Source of the DNA: Vulcanimicrobiota bacterium
GTDB lineage: Bacteria; Vulcanimicrobiota; Xenobia; Xenobiales; JADMJV01
Length of the DNA stretch: 64,000 bases
Assembly: GCA_050250895.1 (NCBI GenBank)
Contig: JBFWNU010000001.1
Location: 3,044,891-3,108,890, forward strand
Direction of reading: 5' to 3'
The notes beneath the pieces were generated by a model. The model was not told the DNA's origin and did no database searches. It saw nothing but the letters and a program-made list of their open reading frames with translations. The translations under genes were made by a program, and so were the position numbers. Below, in pieces: positions 56,315-64,000 of the stretch (its first letter is position 1; each line of letters opens with the position of its first letter).

Positions 56315-58411
56315 ATGCAAGATAGCATTCCTATGACTTTCGAGCAGTACCACTCTGACTACCTGCGCAGCACCCACCGGCCAGGCAGCATCGCCTGGGC
56401 GCTGGGTCTCTGGCTTTCGTTCGGCCTCGAGTTCTGGCTCGATTTCGCCCATGCCCCCTTGCCCCTGCGGGAACTTTTCCTCAATCGCGTCGGCATGACC
56501 CTCATTGTGATCCTGTTCTATCGGGCCCGAAGCGAGGCGACAGGCAACCGCCAGATGCTGTTTGTAGCGCTGAATTTTCTGGCTTTCGCCTCGTTTGCGG
56601 GTCTGGTCGGCGCGCGAGTCGATATGCTCGCCGGGGTGCCGGTGTTCGCCGCCATGGGGTTGGCCATCATGCCGGCCTGCGCTCTCTACCCCGCCCGCCT
56701 CAAGGGAGCGCTACTCTTGCCTCTGGTGGTGGGGCTCGATTTCTTCTTGGGCTATTGGCTCGGCTCCGGCCAGGTCTGGAGCCCGGGGCTGACCATCGCG
56801 CTTCTGACCCTCACGCTCAGCCCGGTTTTGGCCACCTACGGCTCGGTCCGCCTCTACCGCGCCCTGGAAGGAGCCTTCGAGCTCAACCAACGCCTACGGG
56901 ACACGGTGGCCCAACTGGCCGAGGCCAAGCAGCGACTCTCCGTCACTCTCGAGCATATGGGCGACGCGGTGGTGGCCGTCGACACCGAGCTGAGGGTCGA
57001 GCGATTCAACGCGGCCGCGGTCCGACTCACAGGCGTGCCCGCCAGCCAGGCTATCGGACGGCGACTGGAGCGGGTCCTATGCCTGGTCGACCGCGAGGGC
57101 AACACCGTTCAAGCTTGCCCTCAGCAGGCTCTTTCCCGGGCACAAGAGTGGCAAGCCCCTCCCGACACCAGACTGGCCAGCGCTCCCACCCAGCCCTGGG
57201 TGAAATTGGCCGGCTCGACCATCGTCGACGAGCAGCAGCAGCCTCACGGGGCCGTGCTCGTGCTCCACGATCTAACCTCGCTGAAGCGTCTGGATGAAGA
57301 GCGCTTACGGGCCTCCAAGCTCGAGTCGCTGGGTCGCCTGGCGGGAGGGATCGCCCACGATTTCAACAATGCCCTCACCAGCGTCCAGGGACATCTCTCC
57401 TTGCTCGAGGTCGAGCTGCAGAAGAACTCGGTCACCGAGTCGCTGTTCGAGGCGCGCCAGGGGGCCGTGCGGGCCCGCGAGCTGGCCAGCCAGTTGTTGA
57501 CCTTTTCGGCCGGAGGAGCTCCCATCAAGCGCACGATCGAGTTGGCGGAACTGGTGCGAAAGGAAGTTGCCGTGGCTCTCACCGGCACCAAGGTCGGGCT
57601 GGATTTTCGTGGTCAGGCGGGATTGCAGGCCGAGGTCGACCCAAATCAGCTGGCCCAGGCGCTGCAGAGCCTCACCCTCAACGCCGTGGAAGCTATGCCC
57701 GAAGGGGGTTGCCTGACGGTGAGCGTCGAGGAATCGGGCGACGGCTCTATGGTCCACCCCAACCTGCGGCCAGGTCCCTACCTGCGCGTCGTCTTCCAAG
57801 ACCACGGCAAAGGTATACCGCCCGAAGCCCTGGACCGGATCTTCGACCCCTACTACAGCACCAAGGGGGGCCACACCGGCCTGGGATTGACCACCGCCTT
57901 TTCCGTGGCGGTGCGCCATGGCGGTACGCTTACGGCCAGGACCTCGTCAGAAGGGGCGACTTTCGAACTGTATCTCCCTCGTTTGAAGACCGTCGCCGCC
58001 GAGCCGGATCCGGCCATTCTTGCCCCGACGCCCGGTCGGCGAATCCTGGTCATGGACGACGAGGCATCGGTGCGGACCGTCACCTTCAAGATGCTCAACC
58101 GGCTTGGCTTTGAGGCCGAGACTTGCAGCGACGGCAGCCAGGCTCTCGAACTCTATCAGCAGGCTGCCGAGGAGGCCCGGCCTTTCGGACTGGTCATCAT
58201 GGATCTGACCATACCGGGTGGAATGGGTGGCGAAGAAGCGGTTCGACGATTGCTCTCCATCGACCCCGAAGCGGTGGTCATGGTGGCTAGCGGTTATAGC
58301 AACGACCCGGTCATGAGCGAATTTGCCAGTTACGGTTTTCGGGCCTGTTTGACCAAGCCGTTCGGGCTCGAAGAGCTGCGCACGGCGCTTCGCGAACTGG
58401 GCTACAAATAG
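56315..58411 (+). CDS. Hybrid sensor histidine kinase (TM, PAS, HisKA, HATPase, REC)
   Basis: LAGGIAHDFNN, NAVEAM, DHGKG, GLGL, ILVMDDE..MDLTIPG..KPF. Confidence 0.94.
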   Translation: MQDSIPMTFEQYHSDYLRSTHRPGSIAWALGLWLSFGLEFWLDFAHAPLPLRELFLNRVGMTLIVILFYRARSEATGNRQMLFVALNFLAFASFAGLVGARVDMLAGVPVFAAMGLAIMPACALYPARLKGALLLPLVVGLDFFLGYWLGSGQVWSPGLTIALLTLTLSPVLATYGSVRLYRALEGAFELNQRLRDTVAQLAEAKQRLSVTLEHMGDAVVAVDTELRVERFNAAAVRLTGVPASQAIGRRLERVLCLVDREGNTVQACPQQALSRAQEWQAPPDTRLASAPTQPWVKLAGSTIVDEQQQPHGAVLVLHDLTSLKRLDEERLRASKLESLGRLAGGIAHDFNNALTSVQGHLSLLEVELQKNSVTESLFEARQGAVRARELASQLLTFSAGGAPIKRTIELAELVRKEVAVALTGTKVGLDFRGQAGLQAEVDPNQLAQALQSLTLNAVEAMPEGGCLTVSVEESGDGSMVHPNLRPGPYLRVVFQDHGKGIPPEALDRIFDPYYSTKGGHTGLGLTTAFSVAVRHGGTLTARTSSEGATFELYLPRLKTVAAEPDPAILAPTPGRRILVMDDEASVRTVTFKMLNRLGFEAETCSDGSQALELYQQAAEEARPFGLVIMDLTIPGGMGGEEAVRRLLSIDPEAVVMVASGYSNDPVMSEFASYGFRACLTKPFGLEELRTALRELGYK

Positions 58412-59178
58412 CCCTCGGACTTGAGAATGGCCCTGGCTACAGATTGGCGCAATCCCAACTGATCGGCGCTCGCGATATCGAGGTTCAGGGCGAAGAAGAC
58501 CACCTCGGTGTCGCGCTCGACCCAGCCGACCCACCAGCCCACTCCGGGACGCTCGGGATGTCCGTACCCCTCGACGCCGTTCTCGTAGCCGGTCTTGGCC
58601 CGGATTACGTATTCGGGGGTGGCCTCGACCAGCATGGCCGTCTTGACGAGCAGCTGGTTCTCGGGCCTAAACGGCAATTCGTCGGCATAGAGGTGCTGGA
58701 GGAATTCGACCTGCTGGCGGGCTGAAATGCGCAGCTTGCCGTCGAGCCAGAAACGGTCGATGCCGCCGTCGATGTCGGCGTTGCCATAGTGGATTTTCTC
58801 GAGATAGGTTCGCATTCTCTCTTCGCCGATAGCCCGGGCGAAGCGCTGATAAATCGGCACCACCGAGTATTTCATGGCGGTCCTGAGTACATGATCACGG
58901 TTCCAGGTGGCATACTGCCGTTCGACCCCATCCCAGCGGAGTTGCTCATGCCCATCGCGCAGCACGCCCGTCTCGAGCGCGATCAGAGAGTGGGGAACTT
59001 TGTAGGTCGAGGCGGGAACAAAGCCCCGGTCGGCTCGGGCAGGGCTGTAGACGTCGGTCTCGCCCTGGTGGACCACCACCATGGTCCCCGGCACTCCCTC
59101 AAAAAAGCTCTCCCAGTCGGGGCGTTCTTTGGCCGCCGCGGCCAGGCTCAATAGCAGCAATAGGATCAGACATCGCAT
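58402..59178 (-). CDS. Class D (OXA-type) beta-lactamase-like protein
   Basis: PASTYK, YSVV, YGN, FWLDG.L.ISA, AKTG, GWWVGWVE; signal peptide. Confidence 0.88.
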   Translation of the reverse strand: MRCLILLLLLSLAAAAKERPDWESFFEGVPGTMVVVHQGETDVYSPARADRGFVPASTYKVPHSLIALETGVLRDGHEQLRWDGVERQYATWNRDHVLRTAMKYSVVPIYQRFARAIGEERMRTYLEKIHYGNADIDGGIDRFWLDGKLRISARQQVEFLQHLYADELPFRPENQLLVKTAMLVEATPEYVIRAKTGYENGVEGYGHPERPGVGWWVGWVERDTEVVFFALNLDIASADQLGLRQSVARAILKSEGYL

Positions 59179-59214
59179 GGCCGGCTGTTCTCGGCCGGAC
59201 CCAGACCGACCTGG

Positions 59215-59871
59215 CTAGACGGTCTCGGTTTGGACCTGAGCCAGGGCTTGCCCGATCAGGTGACCCATGGCCACCTGAGCATAGAGAGCCACAAAAACGA
59301 CCAGTAACCCGCCCACCAGGGTGAACATCAAGGCCAGACTGACGATGCACATCAGGACGTTGATGACCAGGCACAGCCAGGTCAAGCGAAAGATGGCCGA
59401 CCAGCCGAGCCGGGCGACATCGTCGCGCCAGGCCGAGAGCTTGAACAGACAGCCGAACGTCTCGGCCCGGGTGCCCCGAATCATCACCAGGGTGACGATG
59501 ATGAATCCGAAGGGTAGGGCCGGCAGAAGCAGCGCCACCGCTGTCAGGCCCCCCAGATTCTGGTCGATCTGGGCGAGCCCGAACCCGGCCGCCATGGCCA
59601 GAGCCAGGTAGACAAAGGTAGGCACCAGCAAGAGAAAGACACCCACGATGAAATAGAGGGTGCGCATCACGATCGGCTCGATGGCGTTCCATTCGGGCAT
59701 CAGTTCAGAGTCGTCGAGGCCACGGGCCCGGTTGCGGGCCACTTCGAGCATGTAGCCGTTGTTGAGAACGCCGCCGCTGACGAAGGCCAGGGCGCCCCCG
59801 ATCAGGAGCTTGCGGGCCATCTCGGGGTCGCGTCGGGGAAAGGCAAGAGCTTGGCTAAGATCAAGATTCAT
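59215..59871 (-). CDS. DUF4013-like membrane protein
   Basis: ALAFPRRD..KLLIGG..GY...MPEW pattern. Confidence 0.7.
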   Translation of the reverse strand: MNLDLSQALAFPRRDPEMARKLLIGGALAFVSGGVLNNGYMLEVARNRARGLDDSELMPEWNAIEPIVMRTLYFIVGVFLLLVPTFVYLALAMAAGFGLAQIDQNLGGLTAVALLLPALPFGFIIVTLVMIRGTRAETFGCLFKLSAWRDDVARLGWSAIFRLTWLCLVINVLMCIVSLALMFTLVGGLLVVFVALYAQVAMGHLIGQALAQVQTETV

Positions 59872-59908
59872 ACCCTGAAATTATAGGGGCAAATTGGCCC
59901 GCCTGCAA

Positions 59909-60496
59909 TCAGGTAGGTGCCGAGACTTCGGCCAGGCTCACCTGGCTACACAGGATGGGAGAAGCCCAAGGGTTATCGAGGAAGTGGGCATAGAAGTAAC
60001 CGCCTGCTCCGTACGGATGCTGGTCGAGAAACTTGATGTCGGCCGGGGTGAAGGTCTCGGCCTTCAGGCCTGCCTGGGCCAGGGCCGGCATCAGATTCTG
60101 ACCGATCACCTCGACCCGAGTGGGAAGATAGGCCGATGGCGAGGCGTCGAAGTCGGCTTCGTTGCCGGGGGTCTGGGCCACCGCCTTGCCGAGGGCGGTC
60201 AGCACCTGCTGCAGCTTTTCGATGGGCACCTCGCCCACCAGGATGAGCTCGGGGGTGAAATAGTTGTACCAGTAGCCTATCGAATAGGCCATGTTGGGTT
60301 CACCGGTGACGCCCACGGCGGCAAAGCCGTTCTTGATGATGGCCGGAACGAAGTCGAGATTGGACTTGGCGCATTCGGCATCCTGGGCCACGAAAAAGGC
60401 GTGGCGCTGCTCGAGGTTCTGCTGACGATCGAGGTCGTGGAACTTCTGCATGTCGAGAGGGGAGGCAGTGAAGTCGGTAAAGGGCTCAAAACTCAT
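59909..60496 (-). CDS. Hypothetical protein (DUF4262-like)
   Basis: MAYSIGYW...PELILVG motif. Confidence 0.55.
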   Translation of the reverse strand: MSFEPFTDFTASPLDMQKFHDLDRQQNLEQRHAFFVAQDAECAKSNLDFVPAIIKNGFAAVGVTGEPNMAYSIGYWYNYFTPELILVGEVPIEKLQQVLTALGKAVAQTPGNEADFDASPSAYLPTRVEVIGQNLMPALAQAGLKAETFTPADIKFLDQHPYGAGGYFYAHFLDNPWASPILCSQVSLAEVSAPT

Positions 60497-60569
60497 CTGC
60501 CCCTGTTCGTGGTGGGATGGCCAACGCCTTTTGCGGGGGATGGGTCCCTCCGAGGCGAATTGGCGGGCT

Positions 60570-63500
60570 ATGCGTAGATTCGAGTTCGTAGAGGGTAACT
60601 CCAGGAAATTCTGGATGATCGAGCGAGACGGCCAGACCTTGCATCTAGAGTGGGGCCGAATCGGGACGGCGGGTCAGCGCAAGAGCAAGGACTATGCCAG
60701 CGAAGCGGCTGCCCAGGCCGACTACGACAAGCAGGTCGCGGGCAAGGTCAAGAAGGGGTATGAAGAGGTTGGCGCCGCGGTCTCGGCGCGACCCCAGCCT
60801 ACCGCTGCCGCCGCCCAGGCCGAGTCGGCCGTGGCCGTGCTCGAACCTCCGCCCGCCCCGGTTGCCCCACCGCCGCCGGCCTCAGCTGACTTGCCCGACG
60901 AGGAGAGGTTCGAGTTTCCCGCAGCCTGGAGCAAGAAGCTGATTCCCTGGCCGGGTCGCGATGAGTGCAAGCCGGTTCGAGGCACCTTAGACAAAGTGAC
61001 CCGGCATTTGTCGGCCGATTCTTTCTGGGTCTTCCCCGATTTCTCGGATCGGGGCCCCCTGGAAGCGCGCCTTAAGACCTGGCTGGCCAACGGCGACCTC
61101 AGCCAACGACCCCAGGACGAAGCGACCTTTTTTCCCTATATCTGCTTCCACGATAAGGCCACGAGCGCGATGGTCGACTGGGTGGTGGCCAGCCGTGGTC
61201 TGGTCTATGCGGTCGAGCTGGCCCTGGGGGCCAACTGGCCGGCCGCCTGTCTGGGCGGCTACCGGTCCGAGGTGCGCGAGACCGTCTTGGTACGGCTGCG
61301 CCATCACCTGGCCGCCGCCTCCCCGGAGCAACGGCAGGCCGCCGAGCAAGTGGCCGAACGGCTGCGCCAGACCAGCCACGAACCCACCCGCCTGGCGGTG
61401 GGACCCGCCAGTTCGTTTCTCTTCCCTTTGCGCCAGGACTGGGTCCGCTACGACGCCGCCCGCGACACCCTGCGCGGCGACGCCGTCTTGCTGTTCTACT
61501 CGGTCACCGAACTCGAGTCGGCCCAGCAGGTGGCGGCCAAGAACACGGCTCCGGGCGACGAACTTTACTCGCTGCTTTACAATCTGGGGGTCGAGGCCCT
61601 GCCGATCTTGCTCGAGTATCTAAGCAAGCCTTATCTCAGCGAGCGGTTGGGAATGCTCGCGAGCATGCTGGCAACCCTGCCCAGCGACGAAGCCCTCGAG
61701 GCCATCTTCGCTCGCTTCCACGAACGTCATTGCAAGCAGGCTTGCTCGGAGGCGGCGGTGCGCTTTCCCCAGCGGACTGTTCGGCTTTGCCTGGGCCATC
61801 GCCAGCGGGCCTCGCTGGTGGAGCTGGCCCTGGCTCGCTGGCCCCAGGTGGCGAGCGTGTGCGAGGGGGTCGAGGCCCCCGAGCTCCTGCCCCTGGCTCC
61901 GCCCGAGAGCTGGCCCAGCGTGCTGGCCGACCCTCCCTGGCTGGGGGTGGCCCGCTCGCGCCCCAAGCCGGTAGCCCTCGAGCCCCTGCCGCACCAGGCC
62001 GAGTTCGTTTGGGAGCCGGGCCAGCAAGAGCAGTGGCGAGCCCGGCGCGGCTTTCATTGGCAGGGCAACAAAACCTTCGAGCAGCAGTGGGCCGAGCGGC
62101 GTAAGGGCCACATCTCCTCGAGCTTCCTGGCGCTGGCTCCCGACCAGCTGGCTGCCCAGGCCCTGGCCGAGTGGAACCCTCGCGACGAGTACGGAATGGC
62201 TGATTGGTTTCCGGCGATCCTGGCTCGTTTCGAGCAGCGGGCCTTGCGGCATCTGGTCGACCTGCTCAACTCTTCCGTGACCCAGGGGCTACCGCTGTTG
62301 GGGCCGATTCGATGGGCTCAGCTGGCCCCGGGGGTGGCGGCGGCACTGAGCAGCAAGACGGTTCGCCACGAGGCGCGGCAGTGGCTGCTGCGCCACCCCG
62401 AGGCGGCCGCCATCGGCCTTATGCCCGACCTTTTGGGAAAAGCCAAGCAGCCTCGGGAGCGGGCCGAAGAGGCTATTCGGCTATTGGCTGCCGAGGGACA
62501 CCGACCGATTGTCGAGCAGGTGGCCGAGCGCTACGGCGTCGCCGAGGCCGTGGCGCAGACCCTGGAAGTCACCCCTCTCGATCTCTTCCCGGCCAAACGA
62601 CCCGACGTGACCCAGTGCGCCTGTTACGACCCCAACCTGTTGCCGCAACTGGTCCTGGCCAACGGGGCCGGGGCTCTGCCGCCCGAGGCGGTCGAGCGCT
62701 TCGCCACCATGCTGGCCTTTTCGGTTCCCGACGATCCCTACGCGGGAGTCGAACTGGTGGCCGAGGCGCTCACCCCGGCCTCGCGGGCCCGTTTTGCCTG
62801 GGCGCTCTTCGAGAACTGGCAGAACACCGGGGGGTCGTCTAAAGAGAACTGGGCCTTTCTGGCTCTGGGCTGGTTGGGCGATGACGAGTGCGCTCGCAAC
62901 CTCTATCCGCTCATTCGCGAGTGGCCCGGCCAGGCTCTCCATGCCCGAGCCGTGCAGGGTCTGGACGTGCTGGCCATGATCGGTAGCGACGAGGCGCTGA
63001 TGTGGCTCTATCGCCTGTCCGTCAAGTCCAAGTTCAAGGGCCTCAAACGCAAGGCCGAGGAGAAGATCGACGAAGTGGCCGAGCGCCGCGGCCTGACCCC
63101 CACGCAGCTGGCCGATCGGCTGGTGCCGGATCTCGGGCTCGACGAGCGGGGAACCATGCTGCTCGACTATGGGCCGCGCCAGTTCACGGTGGGCTTCGAC
63201 GAAGAGCTCAAGCCGTACGTGCTCGACAGCCAGGGCAAGCGCCTCAAGAATCTGCCCAAGCCCGGCAAGAGCGACGACGAATCCCGAGGCCAGGCTGCTT
63301 ACGAGGCTTTCAAAGACCTCAAGAAAGGCGTTCGCGACATCGCCTCGCTCCAGATTCTGCGCCTGGAGCTGGCTATGTGTGGCCAGCGCCGCTGGACCGG
63401 TGATGATTTCCAACGCTTGCTGGTGAAGCATCCTTTGATGATTCACCTGGTTCGACGCCTGATCTGGGGCGTTTTCGAAGGGTCGCAACTCAAAGCGACC

Positions 63501-64000
63501 TTCCGGGTGGCCGAGGACGGCAGCCTGGCCGACCGTAATGAAGACGACTTCGAATTGGAGCCCCTGGCCGAGGTGGGCCTGCTCCATCGTCTCGAGCTGC
63601 CCGACGAGGTGGCCGCGGGTTGGGGAGAGGTGCTGGCCGACTATCAGATCCTGCAACCCTTCGAGCAACTCGGCCGCCAGGTCTTCACCCGCACGCCGGC
63701 CCAGGCCCGCGCTGCCAAGCTCGAGGATTTTAGCGGTGCGGTGGTCCCCACCGGCCGCATTTTGGGCCTGACCAGCCGCGACTGGCAGCGGGGCGAGGCC
63801 CAGGACAACGGGGTCATCTGGTGGGTCAACAAGCTGCTGGGTCCGGGCCACGTCGTCGCCCTGGTTTTCGAGCCAGGCATGATCGTCGGCATGGTGAACG
63901 AAGAACCCGAGCAGCGCCTCGGCTCTATCTACTACATGCAGAATCCTCACCATTGGCCCGAGGAGGATCGCACCTTCGGCGAGATGTCGGCCGTGGCTTT
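60570..64000 (+). CDS. WGR-domain / DUF4132 (MolR-like) protein, truncated at window end
   Basis: Hand translation MRRFEFVEGNSRKFW...WGRIGTAGQ...KVKKGYEE; same frame later gives LADRLVPDLGLDERG, HPLMIHLVRRLIWG, QPFEQLGR; absent from the ORF track, consistent with no stop inside the window. Confidence 0.9.
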   Translation, partial: MRRFEFVEGNSRKFWMIERDGQTLHLEWGRIGTAGQRKSKDYASEAAAQADYDKQVAGKVKKGYEEVGAAVSARPQPTAAAAQAESAVAVLEPPPAPVAPPPPASADLPDEERFEFPAAWSKKLIPWPGRDECKPVRGTLDKVTRHLSADSFWVFPDFSDRGPLEARLKTWLANGDLSQRPQDEATFFPYICFHDKATSAMVDWVVASRGLVYAVELALGANWPAACLGGYRSEVRETVLVRLRHHLAAASPEQRQAAEQVAERLRQTSHEPTRLAVGPASSFLFPLRQDWVRYDAARDTLRGDAVLLFYSVTELESAQQVAAKNTAPGDELYSLLYNLGVEALPILLEYLSKPYLSERLGMLASMLATLPSDEALEAIFARFHERHCKQACSEAAVRFPQRTVRLCLGHRQRASLVELALARWPQVASVCEGVEAPELLPLAPPESWPSVLADPPWLGVARSRPKPVALEPLPHQAEFVWEPGQQEQWRARRGFHWQGNKTFEQQWAERRKGHISSSFLALAPDQLAAQALAEWNPRDEYGMADWFPAILARFEQRALRHLVDLLNSSVTQGLPLLGPIRWAQLAPGVAAALSSKTVRHEARQWLLRHPEAAAIGLMPDLLGKAKQPRERAEEAIRLLAAEGHRPIVEQVAERYGVAEAVAQTLEVTPLDLFPAKRPDVTQCACYDPNLLPQLVLANGAGALPPEAVERFATMLAFSVPDDPYAGVELVAEALTPASRARFAWALFENWQNTGGSSKENWAFLALGWLGDDECARNLYPLIREWPGQALHARAVQGLDVLAMIGSDEALMWLYRLSVKSKFKGLKRKAEEKIDEVAERRGLTPTQLADRLVPDLGLDERGTMLLDYGPRQFTVGFDEELKPYVLDSQGKRLKNLPKPGKSDDESRGQAAYEAFKDLKKGVRDIASLQILRLELAMCGQRRWTGDDFQRLLVKHPLMIHLVRRLIWGVFEGSQLKATFRVAEDGSLADRNEDDFELEPLAEVGLLHRLELPDEVAAGWGEVLADYQILQPFEQLGRQVFTRTPAQARAAKLEDFSGAVVPTGRILGLTSRDWQRGEAQDNGVIWWVNKLLGPGHVVALVFEPGMIVGMVNEEPEQRLGSIYYMQNPHHWPEEDRTFGEMSAVA

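Noticed and set aside
60694-63953. Multiple ORFs including 62481-63953 (-)
   Set aside because: Overlap the real WGR-DUF4132 gene

Overview
GC-rich bacterial chromosomal window with about 60 CDS and no rRNA, tRNA, CRISPR array or transposase that I can recognise. Gene style (expanded minor-pilin cassettes, atypical LysM protein, low-complexity N-terminal leaders, degenerate HSP90-like protein) suggests Ca. Eremiobacterota/Vulcanimicrobiota, but this is inference only. Recognisable content: two minor-pilin cassettes with PilC, a sensor kinase and a Ser/Thr kinase; a cheAW-mcp-cheYBR operon with an Aer2-like soluble receptor; orphan oleA; ndh; deaD; a class D beta-lactamase; bestrophin; an SLC13 permease; and a WGR/DUF4132 gene running off the right edge that the ORF track missed. 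Three unrelated palindromic intergenic repeat clusters are present. The most interesting signal is a dispersed gene set lacking Sec signal peptides, most with Pro/Ala/Thr-rich N-terminal leaders. It includes a eukaryote-type RUS1/DUF647 homolog, a CarF/TMEM189 desaturase, glycine-zipper proteins, a LysM beta-solenoid protein and a PGDYES-repeat protein. Their upstream regions share 11-bp-spaced pentamer repeats, usually before a TAnnnT -10 box. Two unrelated proteins also share an acidic C-terminal tag. Together this is a candidate co-regulated, non-Sec-exported effector regulon (hypothesis).
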